DNA of 33,708 nucleotides from an uncultured Candidatus Saccharibacteria bacterium (GTDB lineage Bacteria; Patescibacteriota; Dojkabacteria; J137), in contig CAYTGI010000008.1 in NCBI GenBank assembly GCA_964437465.1, positions 1 to 33,708 on the forward strand, written 5' to 3'. Both the position numbers and the translations under genes were made by a program. Positions 1-8,991 of the stretch are shown one piece after another. The notes under the pieces are model-generated. The model saw only the letters and a list, made by a program, of their open reading frames with translations. It was not told the origin of the DNA and searched no databases. Every line of letters begins with the position of its first letter. The first letter of the stretch is position 1.

Positions 1-84
1 ATTGTTACACTATATACATGTACCCCTCTTTACACTGCAGAGCGTAGATTAGTTGTTAGAGCAAGATTAATTAATGAAGAATAA
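1..84 (+). CDS. Sortase, C-terminal fragment (5' truncated by window edge)
   Basis: Manual translation of frame 1 gives IVTLYTCTPLYTAERRLVVRARLINEE*, containing the sortase TLxTC catalytic motif followed by the conserved R-LVV Arg. Not in the ORF track. Confidence 0.85.
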   Translation: MVTLYTCTPLYTAERRLVVRARLINEE

Positions 85-193
85 AGATCTAATTTTTGAA
101 ATTATTAAGTTCGGAATATTAATTATTCTTTTAATTTTTGCTTTTGCCTATATAGCATGGTTAAATTCTGCTTCTTCATTTCCTGAGTTATAG
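74..193 (+). CDS. Small single-pass membrane protein (39 aa)
   Basis: MKNKDLIFEIIKFGILIILLIFAFAYIAWLNSASSFPEL*; ATG overlaps the sortase end, basic N-terminus then a hydrophobic stretch; its TAG stop is the start of the heptamer array. Confidence 0.5.
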   Translation: MKNKDLIFEIIKFGILIILLIFAFAYIAWLNSASSFPEL

Positions 194-234
194 TTGCTAG
201 TTGCTAGTTGCTAGTTGCTAGTTGCTAGTTGCTA
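191..234. repeat. Tandem heptamer array (TAGTTGC)x6; reads (CTAGCAA)n on the - strand
   Basis: Six exact copies at 191..232 plus TA, read directly. Confidence 0.95.
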
Positions 235-318
235 AAAATATTATAAGGTTTGGATATGAGTTTTTAAGTTATAATTACTGAATTAACAAGAGAAAATGAT
301 TATTAAAGAACTGGGAAA

Positions 319-1032
319 GTGGGCAAACTAGTTCTATTAGGAACAACAATTGGTAACCTTGAAGATATATCAATTAGAGCTTTGAGATACATATTTGAAA
401 GTCCAATCATATTAGCTGAAGATACAAGAGTTTTTATTAAATTCAAGAATATTCTAAAAGATAGATATCTAGAAGTATTAGAATCATTAGAAGTAACAAC
501 AGAAACTAATCAAACAATTTCATCATATAGAGATCAAAACCATGAAAGGGTTGTAGGCAATATTCTAGATTTGTTGAAAGATAATGATGTTGTTTTAATG
601 ACTGACGCAGGAATGCCTGCTATCTCAGACCCTGGATATAAAATTGTAAAAGAATCAATAGAAAATGGCTTTGAGATTGATGTAATCCCTGGTCCTACAG
701 CAGTTTCGAGTGCATTAGTTCTTTCTGGATTACCTACAGATCATTTTGCTTTTATTGGTTTCTTACCCAGGAAAAAAAGTCGTATAAAAAAATTGATTGA
801 TAACTACAATCTTGAACAAACATCTGTTGTGTTTTTTGAATCACCTTTTAGAATTTCTAAGACTCTTGAAGCTTTACAAACTATATATGGAGAGGATCTA
901 CTGGTTAGTGCTTGCGGGGAAATGACTAAAAAGTTTCAACGGGTGGAGCGAGGTAAAGTTTCTGAAGTAATTAATAAATTTGAGAATCAACCAGCAAAAG
1001 GGGAGTGGGTGTTAGTTATTAGGAAATCCTAG
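319..1032 (+). CDS. rsmI: 16S rRNA (cytidine1402-2'-O)-methyltransferase
   Basis: Motifs TTIGNLEDISIRA, AEDTR, TDAGMPAISDPG, PGPTA, GFLPRK, FESPFR, EMTKKF, KGEWV. Confidence 0.95.
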   Translation: MGKLVLLGTTIGNLEDISIRALRYIFESPIILAEDTRVFIKFKNILKDRYLEVLESLEVTTETNQTISSYRDQNHERVVGNILDLLKDNDVVLMTDAGMPAISDPGYKIVKESIENGFEIDVIPGPTAVSSALVLSGLPTDHFAFIGFLPRKKSRIKKLIDNYNLEQTSVVFFESPFRISKTLEALQTIYGEDLLVSACGEMTKKFQRVERGKVSEVINKFENQPAKGEWVLVIRKS

Positions 1033-1033
1033 C

Positions 1034-1054
1034 TTAGAATTTAGATATTAGTAT
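1034..1054. repeat. Degenerate heptamer run TTAGAAT-TTAGATA-TTAGTAT
   Basis: Three 7-bp units starting TTAG between convergent genes; related units occur at 23212..23251. Confidence 0.5.
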
Positions 1055-1069
1055 TTATTTTTTATCATT

Positions 1070-2578
1070 TTATCCACCTATACTCACCCTAAAGCTCAAC
1101 GCCTCCTGGATATGGGATTTATGTATCTTTTCACTTTGTTCAAGATCAGCTATTGTTCTAGAGACTTTTAAAACACGATAATAGGATCTTGCCGTTAAAT
1201 TCAATTTTTCCATAGCCTTTCTAAGTAAATCTTTTGATTCTTCATCCAGGACCAATATCTGTTTTAAGTCTTTCTGGCCCATATCTGAATTAGAATGAAT
1301 CTTTATCTTTTTAAATCTTTCTTCTTGAAGATTCTTAGCATTTTGAACTCTTTTTCTTACATTTTCTGATGATTCCTCTGTTTTATCTTTAAAGAAGTCA
1401 TCATTTTTTACTTTAGAAACATTTACTAATAAATCAATTCTATCCAATATTGGTCCCGATATCTTTTTCTGGTATCGCATTATTTCAATCTGGGTACACG
1501 TACACTCTTTATCACTATCACCAAGATAACCGCATTTACAAGGATTCATTGCAGCTACTAAAATAAAATTTGCAGGAAAGGTTAAAGTCCCGCTAGCCCT
1601 AGAAATTGTAACTATTTTATCTTCCAAAGGTTGGCGGAGTGCTTCTAAAGATTGTACTGAGAATTCTGGAAATTCATCAAGGAACAAAACACCTCTATGT
1701 GCAAGACTAATTTCACCAGGTCTAATTCTAGATCCTCCTCCTACAAGAGCTGTTTGAGATGAAGTATGGTGAGGGGTTCTAAACGGTCTTTCCTGTATTA
1801 AAGGAGAGTTTTTACTTGTTTCTCCAACAATACTATAAATCTTTGTCACTTCTAACATCTCATCTATTTTCATCTCAGGTAAGATTGCTGGAATACTTCT
1901 TGAAAGCATTGTTTTACCTGATCCTGGAACCCCAGACAAGAGTACATTATGACCTCCAGCTGCAGCTATTTCTAAAGCTCTCTTCGCATGATTCTGTCCT
2001 TTTATATCTTCAAAAAGAGAGACTTTAAATTTATCCTTTCTAATAGTTTTAATGTCACTTTTTTCAAATGCTTTTGGAATTTCTTTATTGACTAATTGCT
2101 CAAGGTGCTTAAGGCCGAATATTTCAACTCCTTCTATCAAAGATGCTTCAGCAGCATTTTCATAAGGTAAAAAAATTCTTTTAAATCCGTTCTTTTTTAT
2201 ACCGTCAACAATTGGGAGGATCCCAGAAACTGGTCGCAATCTGCCGTCTAGGGCCAATTCACCAATAAATATTGCATCATTAAAGTCGTATTCTATCTGC
2301 TCAGAAGCTAGTAAGTAGCCAACTGCTAATGGAAGATCGTAACTGGGGCCAGATTTATGGATCTCAGCTGGAGCTAAATTCATTACTATATGCATTGGAA
2401 CGTATTTTCCTCCAGAATTTCGAATTGAAGAAGGAATTCTGTCTCTCGCTTCCTGGATTGATTTATCGGCTAAACCTACAATTGAAAAGTAAGCTTTTCC
2501 TCTTCTATAATCAGTTTCAACTTCGACAATTGTGCAATTTAGACCTTCAAGTGCGGCCGTAAAAACCTTAGTAGACAT
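1070..2578 (-). CDS. comM: YifB/ComM family Mg-chelatase-like AAA+ ATPase
   Basis: NLAPA..KSGPSYDLP, GELALDG, Walker A GVPGSGKT, RPFRTPHH, PGEISLAHRGVLFLDE, AAMNPCKCG, SGPILDRID. Confidence 0.93.
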   Translation of the reverse strand: MSTKVFTAALEGLNCTIVEVETDYRRGKAYFSIVGLADKSIQEARDRIPSSIRNSGGKYVPMHIVMNLAPAEIHKSGPSYDLPLAVGYLLASEQIEYDFNDAIFIGELALDGRLRPVSGILPIVDGIKKNGFKRIFLPYENAAEASLIEGVEIFGLKHLEQLVNKEIPKAFEKSDIKTIRKDKFKVSLFEDIKGQNHAKRALEIAAAGGHNVLLSGVPGSGKTMLSRSIPAILPEMKIDEMLEVTKIYSIVGETSKNSPLIQERPFRTPHHTSSQTALVGGGSRIRPGEISLAHRGVLFLDEFPEFSVQSLEALRQPLEDKIVTISRASGTLTFPANFILVAAMNPCKCGYLGDSDKECTCTQIEIMRYQKKISGPILDRIDLLVNVSKVKNDDFFKDKTEESSENVRKRVQNAKNLQEERFKKIKIHSNSDMGQKDLKQILVLDEESKDLLRKAMEKLNLTARSYYRVLKVSRTIADLEQSEKIHKSHIQEALSFRVSIGG

Positions 2579-2592
2579 TTTTATTTTTTAAT

Positions 2593-3816
2593 CTATAAAC
2601 TTAACGAGGGGATTCGATCGATTTTTGAGAAGTCTAATGGATCTGAAAATATTCCATTTTCTTCAAGTGTAGCTTTATTTTCTGGGGCTATTGATATTTC
2701 GTTAGCTAATTTTATCACATGTAAGTTTGAAGCAATTCCAATCATTGCAGCGTTATCTGTTGTTAATTTTTTCGAAAATGGGAACCTTACTTTAATATCT
2801 TTCGCAGCTTTTCTAATCACATTTCTTAGTCTTGCACTTGCAACAACCCCACCTCCTAGCCAGACTTCTTTTGGTTTGAATTCCTGAATTGCTTTATTTA
2901 CTTTTAATACCAATTGTTCATAAGCTGTAGCTTCAAGCATAATACAGAGGTTAGTAATATGTTGCTTACCTAAACCGTGAGTTTCTCCTTTAATTTCATC
3001 TTGGATTGAAATTTCTTTTTCGTTTAGTTCGTTAACTAGCTGCTTAAAAGCCGTTTTCAATCCAGAAAAACTCATGTTTAAGTCTTTTGAGCTAGCCATT
3101 GGAACTGGAAGTTCATATGTTTCTCCTTTTTCACCTTTTCCTTTCATCAAAGTGGATTGGTTTCTCTTAATAGTTTCTAGTTTTAGACTACCTCTAAACT
3201 CTTTCGCGAATTCAGTAATTAGAGGACCAGCTGGATATCCAAGACCAAGCATACGACCGCACTTATCAAAACACTCCCCTAAAGAGTCATCCAAAGTCTC
3301 ACCAATTTTTTCATAAACTCCTGGGCTTTTAACTAAGATTATCTCTGTATGCCCTCCTGATACTAAAACTCCAAGAGTAGGGTAGTTATTATTATCAAAG
3401 TAATCATCTATTGAAGCATTTCTATCCTGTTTAGAATTTCTTTCTGCAAAACCTGAAAGTAGGTGTCCTTCCATATGATTCACTATAACTAATGGTTTTA
3501 AATGTTTTTCAGCTAGTTCTTTAGCTTTTTTTATACCAATTTCTAAAGCTATAGCAAGCCCAGGTCCAACAGTTACTGAAATTGTATCTATCTCTTCAAT
3601 TGTTTTTTGAGCTTTATTTAATGCCTCTTCAACAACATTGTCGATTCGATCAATATGAGCAAGCTTTGCTAGTGAAGGAACTACACCTCCGTACTTTTTA
3701 TGATATTCCATCTGAGATGGTTGTATGTTTGATAAAACCACAACTCCTTCCACAACCGAAGCGGACGTTTCGTCGCAAGAAGTGTCAATAGCCAAAGTAA
3801 ACGGAATCTTATTCAT
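2593..3816 (-). CDS. tsaD: tRNA N6-threonylcarbamoyladenosine transferase TsaD
   Basis: AIDTSCDETS, YGGVVP, GPGL, HMEGH, LVSGGHT, GETLDD..GE.FDK, SFSGLKT, TDNAAMIG. Confidence 0.96.
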   Translation of the reverse strand: MNKIPFTLAIDTSCDETSASVVEGVVVLSNIQPSQMEYHKKYGGVVPSLAKLAHIDRIDNVVEEALNKAQKTIEEIDTISVTVGPGLAIALEIGIKKAKELAEKHLKPLVIVNHMEGHLLSGFAERNSKQDRNASIDDYFDNNNYPTLGVLVSGGHTEIILVKSPGVYEKIGETLDDSLGECFDKCGRMLGLGYPAGPLITEFAKEFRGSLKLETIKRNQSTLMKGKGEKGETYELPVPMASSKDLNMSFSGLKTAFKQLVNELNEKEISIQDEIKGETHGLGKQHITNLCIMLEATAYEQLVLKVNKAIQEFKPKEVWLGGGVVASARLRNVIRKAAKDIKVRFPFSKKLTTDNAAMIGIASNLHVIKLANEISIAPENKATLEENGIFSDPLDFSKIDRIPSLSL

Positions 3817-3826
3817 GAAGAATTAT

Positions 3827-3864
3827 AACCTATACTTGCACTCTTACTAACGCAAGTATAGGTT
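3827..3864. promoter_or_regulatory. 13-bp perfect inverted repeat abutting the tsaD -10 box (operator or terminator)
   Basis: AACCTATACTTGC (3827..3839), 12-nt loop, GCAAGTATAGGTT (3852..3864); no clear U-tract. Confidence 0.5.
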
Positions 3865-3870
3865 TCGAAT

Positions 3871-4194
3871 TTATTGAACAGAAAGGTAGAAAAGCAACAG
3901 ATAAATATTTGCATAAAGAAGAAAAGTTAGAATAGCAAACATCACTATCCTTACAACTGCCCAGCCCTTAAGATCAATCCAGTATTTGTTGTCCTTAGTT
4001 CTTTTTAAACTTGACCAAGAAACCATTGGCCCCATTAAATATAGAGCAAAAAAAGGATCTTCTAGCTTTATCGCCTTACTTTCTCTAAATGCATCGTTTG
4101 CTCCAATCCACCTTGCTACCCTAATTACCATCGCAATATTAAATACATTCACTACTAAAAGCAAAAGTAGTAAACCGATCATTAAATTTTCCAT
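3871..4194 (-). CDS. Hypothetical membrane protein
   Basis: 107 aa, ATG start, hydrophobic segments at both ends; fills the intergenic gap. Confidence 0.7.
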   Translation of the reverse strand: MENLMIGLLLLLLVVNVFNIAMVIRVARWIGANDAFRESKAIKLEDPFFALYLMGPMVSWSSLKRTKDNKYWIDLKGWAVVRIVMFAILTFLLYANIYLLLFYLSVQ

Positions 4195-4278
4195 ATACTC
4201 AGGAATTTAATAAATATTCTTATTTTCAACATTTTACACTTATAAAAAAGTGATTTGTAGTAGGTGTTACAATTAAAA

Positions 4279-4734
4279 ATGGAAAATATATTAATACTAT
4301 ATGCCACATTAACTTTAAACACAGAGTACTTTGCTAAAAAAATCAAGGATTACTTAGAAAGTCATTCTTTATCAAATTCTGTTTCAATTATGAATATTGA
4401 AGATTTAGAAGAATTTAAGATTTTAGAAGAACCAGACCTGATAATCTTCGGTACTTCAACCTGGAGTGAAGGTGATTTTCCACCAAGAGTTGAAGAGAAA
4501 ATGCAAGAAATTGAAAATTTAGGTTTAGATTTTTCAAAACAAAAGTTCTTTTTGTTTGGGCTTGGAGAGAGTCACTACGACCATTATTGTGGTGCAGTAG
4601 AAAAAGCTGAAGAAATTTTCATCAAAAAGTTAGGTGGAGAAAAAGTTGGAGAAAACTTCTATATCGATGGTCCATTACTGGATGATTATTTCGAAAAAAT
4701 TAAACCAGAAATTCATAGCATTTTAAAGAAGTAA
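4279..4734 (+). CDS. Flavodoxin
   Basis: ILILYATLTLNTE, GTSTWSEGDFP, FGLGESHYDHYCGAVE. Start moved to ATG 4279, 5 nt after TGTTACAAT. Confidence 0.9.
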   Translation: MENILILYATLTLNTEYFAKKIKDYLESHSLSNSVSIMNIEDLEEFKILEEPDLIIFGTSTWSEGDFPPRVEEKMQEIENLGLDFSKQKFFLFGLGESHYDHYCGAVEKAEEIFIKKLGGEKVGENFYIDGPLLDDYFEKIKPEIHSILKK

Positions 4735-4742
4735 ATTCTAGA

Positions 4743-4770
4743 TTGAAAAAATACAAAGATTTATTAAACT
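4743..4770 (+). promoter_or_regulatory. Putative sigma70 promoter for the orphan gene pair
   Basis: TTGAAA-N16-TAAACT upstream of ATG 4793; AT-rich background lowers specificity. Confidence 0.35.
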
Positions 4771-4792
4771 ATGGTGTTGAATAAACATATGA

Positions 4793-6061
4793 ATGAGTGA
4801 AGCACAATCTGACGACTTACCCTCGGAAACTTTAGATGATAATGGAGTAGCTTTATGTGCAACTTGTGCAGGATGGGCAGAGGTGATGGGTGCAGCATTT
4901 GGTCAGTATGGTTCATGTAATGTTAGATTCACCCTTGAAAGAGACTCAGCAAAACAAGAAGGTGAAATTGATATTCAAGAGGTCAGGCGAAACATAGTTG
5001 AAGCTGCAGCGAATGTTATTGACGCCGATATAAAGGATCCTGATTGTATTTATAACCCAATCCTTTATTCAACAGCATTAGTAATGTTAAAACTCGCCAC
5101 TGATAAGAAAGTTACAGATCCAATTACACAAATATCTCGTTTGAACTCTGCAGTTAATATTCATTTAAAAAACAAAAAAAAAGTTGAAGATATTGCTGCT
5201 GGGATGCTTAATCATTACGGGATTGATACAAGGAACATATCTTTAAGAGAACTATTATTTCTGAATCATGTACATAGTGGTCTTATTTTAGATTTAGATA
5301 TAGAAGACTCACTTGAAAGGACCCTTTCCATAACTAGTAGATTTAAATCTAGATTTTTTTCTTTGAATAACCCTTTTGGTCAAGATAGACAAACACCTGA
5401 ATTTCAAGAACTGCTATCTTCGTACATGCGACTTGGTTTTTTGATAACACTTAATCCTGAAGATCCGAGAAGAAGCAGAGAGCTTAAATTACAAGCTTTA
5501 AAGCATAAAACTACCTCAATAATCTCAAGCCAAGGATTGAGTAATGCAGCAGAAATGATTAGGGGGATAAATCCAAGATTGAAGAGTCCCCATGTCCAGA
5601 CTTTACCAGAAGAATTGTTTATAAATGTATATTTTATTGAGCAGCTTGAGCAAATTAAGGTTCGTGGACATGACTTCGAAACTATTCGAACATTTGCTAA
5701 AGAAATTAAAGATTCAGAAACTATTATTCCTCTGAGCTCTCAATTCAGAGGTCTTATGTATGCATTCGCAAGAAAAGCTTTAGATGCAACTTCTCCTATG
5801 CATCTAAAAAGGGCTTACCACAATTTAAAACATCAAAAAGAAACACTAGACCCAGTAATAGAGGCTTTAAAACTAGAGATTAGTTTGATTGAATATGAGG
5901 TTCCTGAGTATTTGTATGATGAGAAAATTCATAGAATGAACCAAATAATAAGCAATGAAAGGTATAGAGGTATTGACCTTGATTCTATTACATTTTTTAG
6001 AGCATATAGAGTTTCACTCTTATCAAGAGCAGATACTAAGCCTTATCCAGATGAAAATTAA
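4793..6061 (+). CDS. Hypothetical protein, N-terminal Cys cluster (CATC..C..C)
   Basis: 422-aa ORF, no family recognised. Confidence 0.75.
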   Translation: MSEAQSDDLPSETLDDNGVALCATCAGWAEVMGAAFGQYGSCNVRFTLERDSAKQEGEIDIQEVRRNIVEAAANVIDADIKDPDCIYNPILYSTALVMLKLATDKKVTDPITQISRLNSAVNIHLKNKKKVEDIAAGMLNHYGIDTRNISLRELLFLNHVHSGLILDLDIEDSLERTLSITSRFKSRFFSLNNPFGQDRQTPEFQELLSSYMRLGFLITLNPEDPRRSRELKLQALKHKTTSIISSQGLSNAAEMIRGINPRLKSPHVQTLPEELFINVYFIEQLEQIKVRGHDFETIRTFAKEIKDSETIIPLSSQFRGLMYAFARKALDATSPMHLKRAYHNLKHQKETLDPVIEALKLEISLIEYEVPEYLYDEKIHRMNQIISNERYRGIDLDSITFFRAYRVSLLSRADTKPYPDEN

Positions 6062-6077
6062 TTTTTAAGAAAATATT

Positions 6078-6449
6078 ATGACAGACCCTAGCACTCATTT
6101 AGATATAACACCTACTCCAGATGAAACTTCAGAAGAGACACAAGTATTAAATATGCATGGTCAAGTTGTAAAGAAATTTATTATTAATGAGAGAAATGGT
6201 ACAAAGAGAGACGTAGAAGCAGTTGATAAATTCATAACAGAAATATCAAAAGATATTCCGAAAGGGCTTAAAGCCGCGATAAACCATCAGCATTTGGCTA
6301 GATCATATTTTTCAGGAATCATCTCTGCTATTGGTACAACAGGTGAACAAAAAGAAGAAGATTTAGAAAAATTTAATAAGGTCAAATCTTCAGTGATTTT
6401 CTTCAAACACGCACTGTTTGCAAAATTTAACTTAGGTAATGAAAGTTGA
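6078..6449 (+). CDS. Hypothetical protein
   Basis: 123-aa ORF 16 nt after the previous gene; its stop abuts the convergent SOD stop. Confidence 0.7.
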   Translation: MTDPSTHLDITPTPDETSEETQVLNMHGQVVKKFIINERNGTKRDVEAVDKFITEISKDIPKGLKAAINHQHLARSYFSGIISAIGTTGEQKEEDLEKFNKVKSSVIFFKHALFAKFNLGNES

Positions 6450-6451
6450 GC

Positions 6452-7063
6452 TTAACTAGACACATTATCATATAGCTCTGAAACTTTATCCCAATTAACT
6501 ACATTCCAGAATGCTTCAATATATTCTGGCCTTTTATTTTGGTAGTTTAAATAGTAAGCATGTTCCCATACATCTAAACCTAGTATTGGTACTAAACCAT
6601 CACTCAAAGGACTATCTTGGTTTGGCTTAGAAACTATTGAAAGCTCCCCTTCATCATTAACTACTAAAAAAGCCCATCCTGATCCAAAGACTCCTGCGGC
6701 TGAGGCAGAAAACTCATCTTTAAAATCCTCAAAAGAACCAAAAGCTTCCTCTATGGCTTCTGAAAGATCGCCATCTGGTTGCCCTCCACCTTTCTCTGAG
6801 AGAGTAGAGAAGAATAGATTATGATTTACAAAACCTCCTCCATTGTTTCTAACAGCAGTAGCTATGTCATCAGGAAGATTATCTAACATCCCCATTAGTT
6901 CTTCAGCAGTGTATTCCTCAAATTCAGTTCCTTCAACAGCTTTATTTAGCTTATTAGTGTACCCCTCATGATGTTTTTCACTATGAATTTTCATAGTCTC
7001 TTCGTCTATGTAAGGCTCTAAAGCGTCATATTCCTCTGAGAACTCTATACGTTTGTGTGTCAT
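6452..7063 (-). CDS. sodA: Superoxide dismutase, Fe/Mn family (Mn-type signature)
   Basis: [37 protein letters not shown]. Confidence 0.95.
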   Translation of the reverse strand: MTHKRIEFSEEYDALEPYIDEETMKIHSEKHHEGYTNKLNKAVEGTEFEEYTAEELMGMLDNLPDDIATAVRNNGGGFVNHNLFFSTLSEKGGGQPDGDLSEAIEEAFGSFEDFKDEFSASAAGVFGSGWAFLVVNDEGELSIVSKPNQDSPLSDGLVPILGLDVWEHAYYLNYQNKRPEYIEAFWNVVNWDKVSELYDNVSS

Positions 7064-7079
7064 ACTAATTATTTAAAAA

Positions 7080-7541
7080 TTAAAGTAAAACTTCTATCTT
7101 ACCTTCAAAAGCATCAGTATCTTGAAAATAAACTTTTTTAGGTTCAAATTTTAAAAATCCTTCTTTAGCACTACTCCCCTCAAAGTCTTTTTGAGTAAAG
7201 TTTTCCCCTATTAATCCAGGAAATTTTATCTCATATGTATCTATAACTTCTTTTAATTCTTTCCCTCTAATAATTTTAGCTGTCCCCGTTAACTGAATAT
7301 TTTTAAATTTATTACCTTGCTCAGAGTTTTGTTCAATTGATACTGCAACATTTTCATTTGCTATTAGATTGTAAACAGTTTTAGACTCCCTTGAAACTAA
7401 AAAGTATAAATTACCTTCCTTATCAGAAATATAAAAAGAATCCACTACCCATGGCTTTCCCTCACAAACTGTAGCTAGGCTAGCTTTAGATTCGTTTGCA
7501 AGAAAGTTTTTAGCTCTTTGTTTAATTTCATTCTCGTCCAT
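7080..7541 (-). CDS. Pyridoxamine 5'-phosphate oxidase-like FMN-binding protein
   Basis: LATVCEGKPW, LYF, SK.VYNLIANENVAVSI, IQLTGTA. Start moved to ATG 7541 (MDENEIK) to remove the overlap with divergent apbE. Confidence 0.85.
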   Translation of the reverse strand: MDENEIKQRAKNFLANESKASLATVCEGKPWVVDSFYISDKEGNLYFLVSRESKTVYNLIANENVAVSIEQNSEQGNKFKNIQLTGTAKIIRGKELKEVIDTYEIKFPGLIGENFTQKDFEGSSAKEGFLKFEPKKVYFQDTDAFEGKIEVLL

Positions 7542-7578
7542 AGTTGTATAATTAAAACATGAATTGTCAATAATTAAA

Positions 7579-8439
7579 ATGAGAAGGGTTATATTTCGAG
7601 AAAAAAAATTTATGAATACTATTATAGCTATCACAGTTATTCAAGATAATGTAGGGACTATTGAGATTAATGAAGCTCTAGAAGATGCATTTTTTCAGTT
7701 TGAAAAAGTTGTTGAAAAATATACCAGATTTAACAATACAAGCGAGCTTGCTAAGCTGAATAAATCTAACTCGCCTTACAGAGTAAGTAAAGAATTTTTT
7801 GAGCTTATAGAATTTATGCTTTCAATGTCAAAAAGAACGAATGGAGCATTTGATCCCACAATTATTGACTTTTTAGAAGTGTATGGGTATGACAAAGATT
7901 ACGATTTTAGCAAATTGGACAATCCAAATTTGGATAGTTTCGTAAAAAATGTAAAAGAAAAAAGAGGCTACTGGGACCAGATTAAACTAGATAAGGATAA
8001 TTCTACAATACACCTTCCCCAAAATACGAAAATTGATTTAGGCTCAGTTGGCAAAGGTTTTGCTATTGACCTAGCATTTAACACTTTAGAAAAGGTTTCA
8101 AATAATTTTCTTATTAATGCTGGAGGAGATATTAGAGCAAAAGGTAAGAACTATGAAAACCGATGGTGGACTATTAACTTAAAAGGGAAAGATGGCTCAA
8201 ATGGAGCTATTGAACTTAAAAATCAATCGTTAAGTAGCTCAGGCTCATGGGCTCGTAAAGTTAAACAGTTTCATCACCTTATAGATCCAAGTACTGGAAA
8301 ACCTGCAGAAAAAAAATATTCAACTGTTTTTACTCTGGGTAAAAACTCATTAATTACAGATGCCTGGGCAACTGCACTTTTTATCTTAGGAGAAGAAACT
8401 GAAGAATCTAAAAAGGATGTATTAGCTCTTTTCGTCTAA
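7579..8439 (+). CDS. apbE: FAD:protein FMN transferase ApbE (no signal peptide seen)
   Basis: FMNT, SELAKLN, GAFDPT, IDLGSVGKGFAID, INAGGDIRA, SSSG, HHLIDPSTG, DAWATALF. Confidence 0.92.
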   Translation: MRRVIFREKKFMNTIIAITVIQDNVGTIEINEALEDAFFQFEKVVEKYTRFNNTSELAKLNKSNSPYRVSKEFFELIEFMLSMSKRTNGAFDPTIIDFLEVYGYDKDYDFSKLDNPNLDSFVKNVKEKRGYWDQIKLDKDNSTIHLPQNTKIDLGSVGKGFAIDLAFNTLEKVSNNFLINAGGDIRAKGKNYENRWWTINLKGKDGSNGAIELKNQSLSSSGSWARKVKQFHHLIDPSTGKPAEKKYSTVFTLGKNSLITDAWATALFILGEETEESKKDVLALFV

Positions 8440-8949
8440 TATTTCTTTTTTATTTACTAAACCCATAAGTGGTTCTTTTAGAACTATAGTAAATAAAATT
8501 TCACCAATAATTAGTATTCCAAGTGAAATATAAATTTCGTCTTGTGGAGAGTTTTTAAGTCTTAAATAAAAAAAGATAATAAGCATAGATGCGAAAATAA
8601 ATCCTCGTCTACATGCATCAAACAAAGAAGCATTTTCATAAAACTCTTTAAAAAATATCTTATCAATAAAAAAATGAATTGTTCCCACTAAAAAAGTAAT
8701 TCCAAGAGTTAATAAGAATACCCCGGTATATGTATTGGGAGAAATATAATCAAATATACGACCTTCTTCAATAATTTGATTTATAGATGTTAGAACCCCA
8801 TTAAAGTCTTCATCTTCAACTTCTTGTTCAATAACAAATTCTTGAAGTTTATCTATGGAAAGAGGTGGGTTTAAGTACATAAAAAATATAGCCATTCCAA
8901 AGAAAGCTATACTCAAAGTTGAAAGTATTGTAATTGTTCTTATAAACAT
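8422..8949 (-). CDS. Hypothetical integral membrane protein (about 4 TM)
   Basis: 175-aa ORF with several hydrophobic segments. Confidence 0.75.
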   Translation of the reverse strand: MFIRTITILSTLSIAFFGMAIFFMYLNPPLSIDKLQEFVIEQEVEDEDFNGVLTSINQIIEEGRIFDYISPNTYTGVFLLTLGITFLVGTIHFFIDKIFFKEFYENASLFDACRRGFIFASMLIIFFYLRLKNSPQDEIYISLGILIIGEILFTIVLKEPLMGLVNKKEILDEKS

Positions 8950-8991
8950 AAATCTAGTTTTTTGCTTTATTTACAATGATATACTTAAGAA

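Noticed and set aside
1816-4210. Short + strand ORFs (1816, 2329, 3074, 3582, 3986)
   Set aside because: Antisense shadows of comM, tsaD and the membrane gene; no motifs.
6447-6449. Alternative genetic code (TGA=Gly, as in Gracilibacteria/Absconditabacteria)
   Set aside because: Conserved genes are full length under code 11, and TGA ends ORFs at sensible boundaries (6449, and 17707 in an ATGA overlap).
7542-7634. ORF-track N-terminal extension of the PNPOx-like gene
   Set aside because: It would overlap divergent apbE head-to-head; ATG 7541 gives a normal domain start.
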